This document shows, piece after piece, positions 16,573-25,815 of a stretch of 64,000 nucleotides of DNA. Below the pieces are notes generated by a model. It was not told the DNA's origin, searched no databases, and was given only the letters and a program-made list of their open reading frames with translations. Position 1 is the first letter of the stretch, and the number at the start of each line of letters is the position of its first letter. The stretch spans positions 2,196,350-2,260,349 of the forward strand of contig OW818696.1 of assembly GCA_942493355.1 (NCBI GenBank), written 5' to 3'. A program made the position numbers and the translations under genes. The DNA is from an uncultured Desulfovibrionaceae bacterium. GTDB taxonomy: Bacteria > Desulfobacterota > Desulfovibrionia > Desulfovibrionales > Desulfovibrionaceae.

Positions 16573-18888
16573 CTAATCCTGCATGTTGTTGATGATGCGC
16601 TTGAGCTCCTGGGCCAGGCGCGAGAGGTCGGAGACGGCCTGCGCGGACTGGTTCATGGCCTCGGCGGTCTCGCTGGCGATGCGGTTGATGTCCTCGGTGG
16701 TGTGGCTGATTTCCTCGCTGGCGGCGGACTGCTGCTCGCTGGCGGTGGCGATGCTGCGCACCTGGTCGGCCGTGCGTTCCACCATGCCCACGATCTCGCG
16801 CAGGGCCTCGCCCGACTTGCCCGCCGTGGCGGTGCTTTGCTGGATGGCGGCGGTGGTGGCCTCGGTGCCCTCGATGTTTTTCTTGGCGCTGTCCTGCACG
16901 GCCTTGATGTACGCGCCGACTTCGTTGGTGGCGGTCATGGTCTTCTCGGCCAGCTTGCGCACCTCGTCCGCCACCACGGCGAACCCGCGCCCTGCGTCGC
17001 CCGCGCGGGCGGCCTCAATGGCGGCGTTGAGGGCCAGCAGGTTGGTCTGGTCGGCAATGTCGGCGATGACGGTCATGATCTGGCCGATGCCCTGGGCCTG
17101 CTTGCCCAGCTCGCCCATGTCGACCTTGAGCGCCTCGGCGCTGGTGTTGATCTGGTTGATGGTCTTCACCACATCGTCCACCAGGCGCGCACCCTCCTGG
17201 GCCCTCGTCTTGGCCTGCTCGGCCAGTTCCGCCGCGCTGGAGGCGCTGGAGGCCACTTCCATGACCGTGGCGTTCATCTCCTCCATGGCCGTGGCGGCCT
17301 CGCCCGTGCGGGCGCGCTGCTCCTCGGTGCCGCGGCTGGACTGCTCGATCTGGGCCGAGAGTTCCTCGGAGGCGCTGGCCACCTGGTCGGAAACGGTGTT
17401 GGCCGCCGCCGCCGCGTTGGCTATCTTCTCGTTCTGCTCGGCGATGCGCTTCTGCTGGGTGCGGATGTCCGTCAGGTCGAACCACACAGCCAAGGTTCCT
17501 ATGTTGTTGCCGTCAAGGTCGGTGAAGGGGGTGGAGGTGACGTCGAAGACGCGCTCCGTGCCCTTCACCGAGGTGTGGTTCGCCTCGATGTTCATGGTGC
17601 GGTTTTCACGCATGGCCTTCATGGACAGGGTCTCGCGGTTGTCGTCTTCCCACAGGAAGCCGCCGGAGGTTTGCCCGTAGTAGTCCGTGGGCTTGCCGGT
17701 TTTGTCCAGGGCCTTCAGCATCTGCTCGTTGGTGAAGGTCACCTTGTTGTTCGTGTCGAACACGGCGCAGGGCATGACGAAGCCGGAGAGCACCCCCTGG
17801 GAGAAGCCGAGCTTGTTCTTCAGCTCCGCCACCATGCCGCGGATGTTGTCCGCCAGGCTGGCCAGCTCGAACCGGAAGCTCGTGCCCAGGGAGACGGTGA
17901 AGTTGCCGTGGGCGATGTTGTTGGTGAAGGCCTCGATCTCGTTGATGGGCCTGACCACGAGCCGGTTGATGATGACGGTGATGGTGCCGATGAGCACCAG
18001 CACGATGACCAGGCCGATGCCCAGCAGGATGTTGCGCTGCATGGTGGCGGTGTGGGTCATCTCGGAAACGTAGGCGCTCATGCACACGGCCCAGCCGGTG
18101 TCCGGGTCGGTGGAGACGGTGAGGAACTTCTCCTCGCCCTTCCAGTCGTAGAACATGCTGCCGTTTTTCAGCTCCAGGGCCTTGCGGATGAACTCATGCT
18201 CGCTCAGGTCCTTGAGCATCAGGCTCTTGTCCACGGCGTGGGCGATGATGGCGCCCTTGTTGTCGACCATGAAGCCGTAGCCACGCTCGCCAAAGCGCGG
18301 CGGGTCGATGAAGGACTTGGTGAAGGTTTCCCAGCGGGGGAAGGCTCCCACGCCGCCCAGCACCTTGCCGTCCGCGCTTTTTATGGCCTTGGCCACGGAG
18401 AAGATGAACAGCTCGCCATCGCCGCTCTTGGCCTTGATGATTTTGTTGGCCACGAACAGATCCTGCCCGGCCACGACGGCCTTGACGTAGTCGCGGTCGG
18501 CGCGGCTTTGCCCGGTCAGGTCCTCCATCTTGGCGTTGTACCCGGCCAGGATGATGCCCTTGGCGTCGAACACGAAAATGGCCCAATAGTCTTTATTGGC
18601 CTTGATGTAGTCTGCCAGGCGCTCCTTGGCGCGCTTGGGGTCGCCCTCAACGGCTTCGACGATGGCTTTTTGGATGGCCAGGGTTTCCACCATGGTTTTG
18701 GTGTTGCCCATGTAGGCGTCCAGGGAAGCCTGCGTTGCGGCGGAGACCTGGTTCATGGAGCTTTGCTCCAGCTCCAGCGCCAAGTTGTACGATGACCTGG
18801 AAACGAAGATGACGATTGCCGCCACGGCGAGGACCACTGCCAGCGCCACCGAGGCGATGAGGACGCTGCTGATGCTTTTACGGAACAT
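16573..18888 (-). CDS. methyl-accepting chemotaxis protein (Cache-type periplasmic sensor, HAMP, PAS, MA domain)
   Basis: Real start [19 protein letters not shown] at ATG 18888. Highly conserved signalling hairpin [38 protein letters not shown]. Confidence 0.92.
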   Translation of the reverse strand: MFRKSISSVLIASVALAVVLAVAAIVIFVSRSSYNLALELEQSSMNQVSAATQASLDAYMGNTKTMVETLAIQKAIVEAVEGDPKRAKERLADYIKANKDYWAIFVFDAKGIILAGYNAKMEDLTGQSRADRDYVKAVVAGQDLFVANKIIKAKSGDGELFIFSVAKAIKSADGKVLGGVGAFPRWETFTKSFIDPPRFGERGYGFMVDNKGAIIAHAVDKSLMLKDLSEHEFIRKALELKNGSMFYDWKGEEKFLTVSTDPDTGWAVCMSAYVSEMTHTATMQRNILLGIGLVIVLVLIGTITVIINRLVVRPINEIEAFTNNIAHGNFTVSLGTSFRFELASLADNIRGMVAELKNKLGFSQGVLSGFVMPCAVFDTNNKVTFTNEQMLKALDKTGKPTDYYGQTSGGFLWEDDNRETLSMKAMRENRTMNIEANHTSVKGTERVFDVTSTPFTDLDGNNIGTLAVWFDLTDIRTQQKRIAEQNEKIANAAAAANTVSDQVASASEELSAQIEQSSRGTEEQRARTGEAATAMEEMNATVMEVASSASSAAELAEQAKTRAQEGARLVDDVVKTINQINTSAEALKVDMGELGKQAQGIGQIMTVIADIADQTNLLALNAAIEAARAGDAGRGFAVVADEVRKLAEKTMTATNEVGAYIKAVQDSAKKNIEGTEATTAAIQQSTATAGKSGEALREIVGMVERTADQVRSIATASEQQSAASEEISHTTEDINRIASETAEAMNQSAQAVSDLSRLAQELKRIINNMQD

Positions 18889-18943
18889 GAGTTCACCTCT
18901 CCCGTTGAAAAACGTTGGCCAGCCCTTGCGGTGCGGCTGTTGA

Positions 18944-18975
18944 ATATTTCGGTAGAATTTCACCAAATCTTTACA
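18944..18975 (-). promoter_or_regulatory. weak sigma-28 (FliA)-like promoter upstream of the MCP gene
   Basis: On the minus strand, TAAAG (18969-18973) - 16 nt - CCGAAATA (18945-18952), about 55 nt upstream of the ATG. Spacing and the -10 match are imperfect against TAAA-N15-GCCGATAA. Confidence 0.25.
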
Positions 18976-19222
18976 GGAGCGCGGCGTTTGCTGCGCCAAA
19001 ACCGGGCAAAAAGCGTAACCTGGGGCCGTCTGTTCCCCTTGCGGCCGCCGCCGCATGGGCTTGTGCCTTGTGTTTTCCGTGCTGCGCAGCCACTCTGCTG
19101 TAGCGCCCGCGGTGCGTCGCTGTTCCAGCGCGGGCCTGCCGATGATGTGCGGCATGGGTCCTGGCTTCAGCGATTGTGTATTCGTACCCATCTTTAGGCA
19201 GATCACAGCATTTATGGCAATA

Positions 19223-19251
19223 TTGCGCAGTGATTTTTGCGATGCTATATT
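19223..19251 (+). promoter_or_regulatory. sigma-70-like promoter (TTGCGC - 17 nt - TATATT)
   Basis: Hexamers at 19223-19228 and 19246-19251 with an exact 17-nt spacer. Lies ~280 nt upstream of the lepA start. Confidence 0.3.
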
Positions 19252-19531
19252 TACAAGGCGCACGGCGTGCCGCAGCATGGGCCAAAGCGCAGCCGCTTGG
19301 CATGGCGCTGCGTCTGAATGGAGCAGTGGCATGGGCTTACCCCACTTTGCCCCCGGGGAGCGTCTTTGCCACCAGTTGCTGCGCCCCTTCAGTGCGGGCG
19401 GGCGCAACGCGGAAGGCGCGTTCTCCCATTAGACAGCCGGGCAATTATGCCGTACAAGGCTCTCGCCCTCCATGGGGCACGAGAGCCAACGCCGGGGCAA
19501 CCCGAACCACCCCGACACGCGGACGAGGACC

Positions 19532-21340
19532 ATGATAGAGACAAAATTCATTAGAAATTTCAGTATCATCGCGCACATTGACCACGGCAAGTCCACCCTT
19601 GCCGACCGCATCCTGGAACTCACAGGGGTGGTCTCCGCGCGCGACCAAAAGGCCCAGTACCTGGACAAGATGGACCTGGAGCGCGAACGCGGCATCACCA
19701 TCAAGGCCCAGACCGTGCGCATTCCCTACACCGCGCGCGATGGCCAGAAGTACATCCTGAACCTCATCGACACACCGGGCCACGTGGACTTCTCCTACGA
19801 GGTCTCGCGCTCGCTGGCCGCCTGCGAGGGCGCGCTTCTGGTGGTGGACGCCTCCCAGGGCGTGGAGGCGCAGACCCTGGCCAACGTGTACCTGGCCCTG
19901 GACAACGACCTGGAGGTCGTGCCGGTCTTGAACAAGATCGACCTGCCCAGCGCCGAGCCGGAGCGCGTTTCCCGCGAGATCGAGGAAGTCATCGGCCTGG
20001 ACTGCACCGACCCGGCCCTGGTGAGCGCCAAGAGCGGCCTGGGCGTGGCGGACCTCATCGAGCGCATCATCACCCACCTGCCGCCGCCCAAGGGTGACGC
20101 CACCGCCCCCTTGAAGGCGCTTATTTTCGACTCCTGGTACGACACGTACCTGGGCGTCGTGGTGCTGTTCCGCATTCTGGACGGCACGCTCCGGCGCGGC
20201 GAGAAGATTCGCATCTTCTCCTCCGGCCGTGAGTTCGAGGCCATGAAGCTCGGCGTGTTCTCGCCGGAGAGCGTCGAGGTCCAGGATTTGGGCCCCGGCG
20301 AGGTCGGCTTCCTCTGCGCCAACATGAAGGACCTCTCCGACGCGCCCGTGGGCGACACCATAACCAAGGCGGAGAACCCCACCAAGGAGCCATTCCCCGG
20401 CTTCAAGAAGGTCAAGCCCATGGTGTTCTCCGGCCTGTACCCGGTGGAGCCCAACGAGTACGAGATGCTCAAGGTGGCGCTGGAGAAGCTGCAGCTCAAC
20501 GACGCGGCCTTCAGCTTCGAGCCGGAGACCTCCAAGGCCCTGGGCTTCGGCTTCCGCTGCGGCTTCCTTGGGCTTTTGCACATCGAAATCATCCAGGAGC
20601 GGCTGGAGCGCGAGTTCCAGGCCCGGCTCATCACCACCGCGCCCTCGGTCATCTACAAGGTGGAAACCACCGACGGCCGCAATCTGCAGATCGACAACCC
20701 GAGCCTGCTGCCCGACCCCAGCCACATTGCCGCGCTGTTCGAGCCCTACGCCAAGGTGGAGATCCACGTGCCCAACGATTTCGTGGGCAACGTGCTCGGC
20801 CTGTGCGAGGAGAAGCGCGGCATCCAGAAGGACATGAAGTACCTGACCGCCAGCCGCGTGGTCATCACCTACGAGATGCCCTTCGCCGAGATCATGTACG
20901 ACTTCTTCGACAAGCTGAAGTCGACCACCAAAGGCTACGCCTCGCTGGATTACGAGATCATCGACTACCGCCAGTCCGACCTGGTGCGCCTGGACATCCT
21001 CATCAACACCGAGGCCGTGGACGCCTTCTCGGTCATCGTGCACCGCGACGCGGCCTACCGCTTTGGCCGCAGCCTAGCCGTGAAGCTCAAGAAGAGCATT
21101 CCCCGCCAGATGTTCGAAGTCATCATCCAGGCCGCCATCGGCAACAAGATCATCGCCAAGGAGCGCGTGGCGCCCTTCCGCAAGGACGTCATCGCCAAAT
21201 GCTACGGCGGCGACATTACCCGCAAACGCAAGTTGTTGGAAAAACAGAAAGAAGGCAAACGCCGCATGCGCCGCATGGGCAATGTGGAAATTCCGCAGGA
21301 GGCCTTCCTGGCCGTGCTCAAGGCTGGCGACGACGACTAA
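19532..21340 (+). CDS. lepA: translation elongation factor 4
   Basis: [33 protein letters not shown]. The whole length is typical of EF4. ATG 19532. Confidence 0.97.
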   Translation: MIETKFIRNFSIIAHIDHGKSTLADRILELTGVVSARDQKAQYLDKMDLERERGITIKAQTVRIPYTARDGQKYILNLIDTPGHVDFSYEVSRSLAACEGALLVVDASQGVEAQTLANVYLALDNDLEVVPVLNKIDLPSAEPERVSREIEEVIGLDCTDPALVSAKSGLGVADLIERIITHLPPPKGDATAPLKALIFDSWYDTYLGVVVLFRILDGTLRRGEKIRIFSSGREFEAMKLGVFSPESVEVQDLGPGEVGFLCANMKDLSDAPVGDTITKAENPTKEPFPGFKKVKPMVFSGLYPVEPNEYEMLKVALEKLQLNDAAFSFEPETSKALGFGFRCGFLGLLHIEIIQERLEREFQARLITTAPSVIYKVETTDGRNLQIDNPSLLPDPSHIAALFEPYAKVEIHVPNDFVGNVLGLCEEKRGIQKDMKYLTASRVVITYEMPFAEIMYDFFDKLKSTTKGYASLDYEIIDYRQSDLVRLDILINTEAVDAFSVIVHRDAAYRFGRSLAVKLKKSIPRQMFEVIIQAAIGNKIIAKERVAPFRKDVIAKCYGGDITRKRKLLEKQKEGKRRMRRMGNVEIPQEAFLAVLKAGDDD

Positions 21341-21386
21341 TCCCCATGGAAACCAGGGCGGCCCCCCCGCCCCGCAAGGAACCAGA

Positions 21387-22106
21387 ATGAATCCCAGATG
21401 GCTCAAGACGCTCAAGGAATACGTGGAGGCGCTCATCGTCGCCGCGGTGCTGGCGCTGTTCATCCGCGCCTTTGTTGTGCAGGCCTTCAAGATTCCCACC
21501 GGCTCCATGCTGGAAACCCTGCAGATCGGCGACCAGCTGCTGGTGAGCAAGTTCCACTACGGCGTCAAGCTGCCCTTCACCGAGCGCGTCCTCATCCCCG
21601 TTTCCGAGCCGATGCGCGGCGACATCATTGTTTTCGAGTACCCCTTTGACGAGGTTTTGGACGCCACGCGCCCCAACCTCAAGGATGTGGACTTCGTCAA
21701 GCGCATCGTGGGCCTGCCCGGCGATACGGTGGAGATCCGCGCCAAGGAGGTCTTCGTCAACGGCCAACCCGCCACCGGCCCGTACGTGCAGCACGTGCGC
21801 GAGGACGTGGAGCCCAGCCCCCTGCCCGAGGGACACCCCGAGGTGACCGTGGACTTCAAGGGCTACTTTGACCACTGCGAGGACGCCTCGTCCATCTGCC
21901 GCGCCAAGCGCGACTGGATGCCCAAGATCACCGTGCCCGAGGGCAAGTTCTTCGTCATGGGCGACAACCGCGACGAATCCTTCGACTCCCGCTTCTGGGG
22001 CTTCGTCAGCCGCGAGAGCATCAAGGGCAAGGCCATGGTCATCTATTGGTCGTGGACCGGTCCGGGCAACATCCGCTGGGAGCGCCTGGGCAAGATGCTG
22101 CACTAG
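21387..22106 (+). CDS. lepB: signal peptidase I
   Basis: IPTGSMLETLQIGD (catalytic Ser), VKRIVGLPGD, GDNRDESFDSRFWG. Classical lepA-lepB synteny. Confidence 0.93.
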   Translation: MNPRWLKTLKEYVEALIVAAVLALFIRAFVVQAFKIPTGSMLETLQIGDQLLVSKFHYGVKLPFTERVLIPVSEPMRGDIIVFEYPFDEVLDATRPNLKDVDFVKRIVGLPGDTVEIRAKEVFVNGQPATGPYVQHVREDVEPSPLPEGHPEVTVDFKGYFDHCEDASSICRAKRDWMPKITVPEGKFFVMGDNRDESFDSRFWGFVSRESIKGKAMVIYWSWTGPGNIRWERLGKMLH

Positions 22107-22128
22107 CCCGCTTCGGCAGGGGTGACCG

Positions 22129-23058
22129 GTGCTCGGGGAAGGCCAGTCCGGCAGTGGCCGGGCCACGCTGCTGCTGGCCGCCACGGCGCTCATCTGGAGC
22201 TCCGGGGGGCTGGCCATCAAGCTGGTGGACCTGCACCCCCTGGCGCTCACGGGGGTGCGCAGCGCACTCTCCGCCCTCACGCTGGCGGTGCTGTTCCGCA
22301 CAAGGCTCCGCCTGTGGCCCACGCCCGGGCAAACCATGCACACCAGGCACACCTGGGCGCAGCTGGGCGCGGCGCTCGGCTATGCGGGCCTGCTGCTCAG
22401 CAACGTCGTCGCCACCAAGCTCACCACCTCGGCCAACGCCATTTTGCTGGCCTACACCGCGCCGCTATACGTGGCGCTTTTTGCCCCGCGCCTGCTGGGC
22501 GAGCGCACCCGCCCCGGCGACTGGCTGTTCATCCTGGCCGTGCTCTCCGGCATGGTTCTGTTCTTCCTCGATAAGCTCTCGCCCACGGGCCTCTGGGGCA
22601 ACCTTGTGGCCGTGGGCACGGGCCTGTGCTACGCCGCCTTCACCCTGTGCATGCGCGCCCAAAAAGACGCCTCGCCCGTGGACTCCGTGGTGCTTGGGCA
22701 TCTCCTCACCGCCCTTGTGGGCCTGCCATTCCTGTTCCTGGGGCTGCCCAGCGCGGAAGGCTGGCTCGGCCTGGCCTACCTGGGCATCGTCCAGCAGGGC
22801 GTCTCCCTGGCCTTGTACGTCTGGTGCATCAAGCGCCTGGGCGCGCTGGAGGCCATCCTCATCATGACCCTGGAGCCCATTCTGAACCCGGTGTGGGTGG
22901 CCCTGGGCTATGGCGAAATCCCGGGTGTCTGGTCGCTGCTGGGCGGGGCGGTGGTGCTTGTGGCCGTCACCCTGCGGGGGATCGCCGGCGCTCGCGGCCA
23001 GTGGAGCGCTGATTCGGAGGCTCCCCCCGGCGGGATGGGCGCTACCTCGGCGTTGTAG
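22129..23058 (+). CDS. EamA/DMT-family transporter
   Basis: GTG start in the track. About 10 hydrophobic helices in two EamA-like repeats (LLAATALIWSSGGLAIK...). Confidence 0.8.
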   Translation: MLGEGQSGSGRATLLLAATALIWSSGGLAIKLVDLHPLALTGVRSALSALTLAVLFRTRLRLWPTPGQTMHTRHTWAQLGAALGYAGLLLSNVVATKLTTSANAILLAYTAPLYVALFAPRLLGERTRPGDWLFILAVLSGMVLFFLDKLSPTGLWGNLVAVGTGLCYAAFTLCMRAQKDASPVDSVVLGHLLTALVGLPFLFLGLPSAEGWLGLAYLGIVQQGVSLALYVWCIKRLGALEAILIMTLEPILNPVWVALGYGEIPGVWSLLGGAVVLVAVTLRGIAGARGQWSADSEAPPGGMGATSAL

Positions 23059-23142
23059 CGGCCCATCCCGCCATCCTTCCTCGACAAACGCCCCTCGGTA
23101 GGGCATGCTCTATAGGCAACCGCGCACAAGAGGAGTCCCCCC

Positions 23143-24678
23143 ATGATAGCCAAGGTGAACACCGCCGCACTGCTGGGCATAGAGGCCCACCCCGTGGACC
23201 TGGAGGTGGACTTGGCGCGTTCCGGCCTGCCCGCCTTCACCCTGGTGGGTCTGGCCGAGGGAGCCGTGCGCGAGGCCAAGGAGCGCGTGCTGGCCGCCCT
23301 CAAGAACGCGGGCTTCCGCCTGCCGCCCTCGCGCATCACCGTGAACCTGGCCCCGGCGGACCTGCGCAAGGAGGGCAGCGCCTACGACCTGCCCCTGGCC
23401 CTATGCCTGCTGGCCGCCAGCGAGACCCTGGACGCCGAGCGCCTCCACGGCTGGTACATGGCCGGGGAGCTTTCCCTGGACGGCGCGCTCAAGCCCGTGC
23501 CGGGCATTTTGCCCCTGGCGATTCTTGCCAGGGACAAGGGCGCCAAGGGCCTCATGGTGCCAAGGGCCAACGCGGCCGAGGCGGCGGTGGTGCAGGGGCT
23601 GTGCGTGTACGGGGTGGATGGCTTGGCCCAGGCCGTGCGGCTTGTCACCGGCGAGGAAGCCATGGACCCGGCGGTGGTGGACGTGGACGCCGTGTGGGCC
23701 GAGCAGGCCGCCCACGCGGGGGACTTCGCCGAGGTGAAGGGCCAGGACCACGCCAAGCGCGCCATCGAGATCGCCGCGGCTGGCGGGCATAATCTGCTGT
23801 TCGTCGGTCCGCCCGGCAGCGGCAAGACCATGCTCTCGCAGCGCATTCCCACGGTGCTGCCGCCCCTGACCTTCGATGAGGCGCTGGAGGTGACCAAAAT
23901 CTACTCCGTGGCGGGCATGCTGGAGCGCGACGCGCCCTTGGTGGTCACGCGGCCCTTTCGCAGCCCGCACCACACCATTTCCGACGCCGGGCTCATCGGC
24001 GGCGGCGTCACCCCGCGTCCGGGCGAGGTTTCCCTGGCGCACCGCGGCGTGCTGTTTTTGGATGAACTGCCGGAGTTCAAAAAGCATGTGCTGGAGGTGC
24101 TGCGCCAGCCCCTGGAAGACGGCCAGGTGACCATCTCGCGGGCGGCCATCGCGCTCACCTACCCCTCAGACCTGATGCTGGTGGCGGCAATGAATCCCTG
24201 CCCCTGCGGCTACCTGACGGACGACCGGCATGTGTGCACCTGCCAGCCCGCCACCATCCACCGCTACCGCTCGCGCATCTCCGGCCCGCTCATGGACCGC
24301 ATCGACCTGCAGGTGGAGGTGCCCGCCGTGCCGTATGAGGATCTCAAGGCCCCGCGTGGCAGCCGCGACTCCGCCACCATGCGCGCGGGCATCGTGCGGG
24401 TGCGCGCCCTGCAGGCGCACAGGTACGAGGGGCTGCGCCTGCGTCTGAACAGCGAGCTCTCCGGCGCGCACTTGGAGCGCTGGTGCGCCGTGGCCGAGCC
24501 GGAGCAGAAGTTCCTGGAGCGCGCGGTGAGCCGCCTGGGCCTTTCCGCCCGGGCCTACACGCGGGTGCTGCGCATCGCGCGCACCATCGCTGATTTGGAG
24601 GGCAGCGAGGGCATCGTCATTCCGCACCTGGCCGAGGCCATCAACTTCCGCACCATGGACAGGGTGGGGCAGGCATAA
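23143..24678 (+). CDS. comM: YifB/ComM-family Mg-chelatase-like ATPase
   Basis: Lon-like N domain (ITVNLAPADLRKEGSAYDLPLAL), Walker A GPPGSGKT, VLFLDELPEF, zinc-ribbon-like CPCGY...CTC. RBS AGGAG precedes the ATG. Confidence 0.93.
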   Translation: MIAKVNTAALLGIEAHPVDLEVDLARSGLPAFTLVGLAEGAVREAKERVLAALKNAGFRLPPSRITVNLAPADLRKEGSAYDLPLALCLLAASETLDAERLHGWYMAGELSLDGALKPVPGILPLAILARDKGAKGLMVPRANAAEAAVVQGLCVYGVDGLAQAVRLVTGEEAMDPAVVDVDAVWAEQAAHAGDFAEVKGQDHAKRAIEIAAAGGHNLLFVGPPGSGKTMLSQRIPTVLPPLTFDEALEVTKIYSVAGMLERDAPLVVTRPFRSPHHTISDAGLIGGGVTPRPGEVSLAHRGVLFLDELPEFKKHVLEVLRQPLEDGQVTISRAAIALTYPSDLMLVAAMNPCPCGYLTDDRHVCTCQPATIHRYRSRISGPLMDRIDLQVEVPAVPYEDLKAPRGSRDSATMRAGIVRVRALQAHRYEGLRLRLNSELSGAHLERWCAVAEPEQKFLERAVSRLGLSARAYTRVLRIARTIADLEGSEGIVIPHLAEAINFRTMDRVGQA

Positions 24679-24704
24679 GGCGCAGGGCGCGCCGTTTGGG
24701 GGTG

Positions 24705-25304
24705 CTACTTGCCGCCCTCGGCTGGGGCGACTCCCGGGGCCGCCGGAGCGCCCGGAGTCTCTGGAGCTGGGGCGGTGGCGTTGGCCTGCTTGTTGGCCGC
24801 ATCGCGCATGGCCCGGAACTCCTCATCCAGAATGGCCGGGATGGGCCGGTTCCAGAAGGTCTCCTTGGCCTGCTCCTTGGCGTCCATCTTGGGCGGGCAC
24901 ACCGTTATGGGGGCCTTCACCGGGCATTCCGGGGAGGAATAGGCCACGGCGAGACACTTGCCCGAGGAATCCGGCTCGTACTGGAACACCCGGCGCATGG
25001 CCCTCCAGGTGCGGTCCTGCACCACCACCTGTCCGTCGCCCGTTACCGCGCACAAAAACTCAGAATTCTTGGAGGCATAGAACACCGAGATGATGTACAC
25101 ATCCTCGGTGAGCTTGCCCATGTAGCCGAACGCGCTTGTTTTTTTGCACAGCATGCGGGCCAGCACCTGCTTGCACAGGCTGAGCTTCATGTCGTCGCCC
25201 GCGGCCAGGGACGGGCGCGGGGCCAGCAGGCAGCAGGTCAGCAGGGCCGTGCCCAGCAACAGATAGGCCGATAGGGGGCGGATGGCGCGGAGGGGCTTAC
25301 GCAT
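24705..25304 (-). CDS. secreted Cys-rich protein, unknown function
   Basis: Start MRKPLRAIRPLSAYLLLGTALLTCCLLA (signal-peptide-like) at ATG 25304. 199 aa, Pro/Ala-rich tail, host-like codon usage. Confidence 0.6.
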   Translation of the reverse strand: MRKPLRAIRPLSAYLLLGTALLTCCLLAPRPSLAAGDDMKLSLCKQVLARMLCKKTSAFGYMGKLTEDVYIISVFYASKNSEFLCAVTGDGQVVVQDRTWRAMRRVFQYEPDSSGKCLAVAYSSPECPVKAPITVCPPKMDAKEQAKETFWNRPIPAILDEEFRAMRDAANKQANATAPAPETPGAPAAPGVAPAEGGK

Positions 25305-25515
25305 TGCGGGGTTCCACCGTGAGGAAGGTTTGAAAGCCGTCGGGGCTGTCGGTTTCGCACTGCATGGAGCACCCGGCGCACTGGTAGCTGCCGGGCTTGA
25401 AGTGCCACTGCGCCTTGCCGGGGCAGGGGCACTGGAAATAGCTGTAGACCGAGGCGGAAACCGCGCCCTTGTAGGGCCGGTAGCCCTGCTGACGAATAAA
25501 GTCGAGAAAGCGCAT
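25297..25515 (-). CDS. small Cys-rich protein (72 aa), unknown function
   Basis: CPC...C..C..C pattern (FQCPCPGKAQWHFKPGSYQCAGCSMQC). The 3' end overlaps the start of the downstream gene by 8 nt, which suggests an operon. No recognisable family. Confidence 0.4.
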   Translation of the reverse strand: MRFLDFIRQQGYRPYKGAVSASVYSYFQCPCPGKAQWHFKPGSYQCAGCSMQCETDSPDGFQTFLTVEPRNA

Positions 25516-25742
25516 GCCTTCATTCCTCGCGTGCCTGGGTCAAAAATGGGTCGCCTCGCGGTGCCTGGCGCCCGCCGTCCGCCGTGTATGTAGCCTTTCC
25601 CCACAAAAATGCAAACCCTGGCGCACATGGCCCCAGGCTGGGGGGGCAGCGGGGAGATATGGCTCCCCCCCTTGATTTTTTTGTGAAAGGGGCCGAAAGA
25701 AACTATCTACGTATCCTGGGAGGCGGGCTCCGCGACCTGATC

Positions 25743-25798
25743 GGTCATGCCAGAGCAGCCATGCCAGAGCGGTCATTCCAGAGTGGTCATGTTGTAGC
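25743..25798. repeat. 4 x 14-bp tandem repeat just upstream of the 524-aa ORF
   Basis: GGTCATGCCAGAGC / AGCCATGCCAGAGC / GGTCATTCCAGAGT / GGTCATGTTGTAGC, read directly. Confidence 0.85.
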
Positions 25799-25815
25799 GG
25801 CGAGGGGGGCAGAGG

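Noticed and set aside
15739-18795. 1018-aa plus-strand ORF
   Set aside because: It is antisense to dinB and the MCP gene, both of which have unmistakable motifs. It is a shadow ORF.
18889-19407. 173-codon N-terminal extension of the MCP ORF
   Set aside because: It shows no MCP-like sequence. The typical short cytoplasmic N-terminus plus TM1 starts at ATG 18888. The extension crosses AT-richer promoter-like DNA.
25609-25626. Sigma-54 promoter upstream of the 72-aa gene (the minus strand reads TGCGCCAGGGTTTGCAT)
   Set aside because: The -12 TTGCAT element is good, but the -24 element reads TGCGCC (GG replaced by GC), so it fails the invariant GG.
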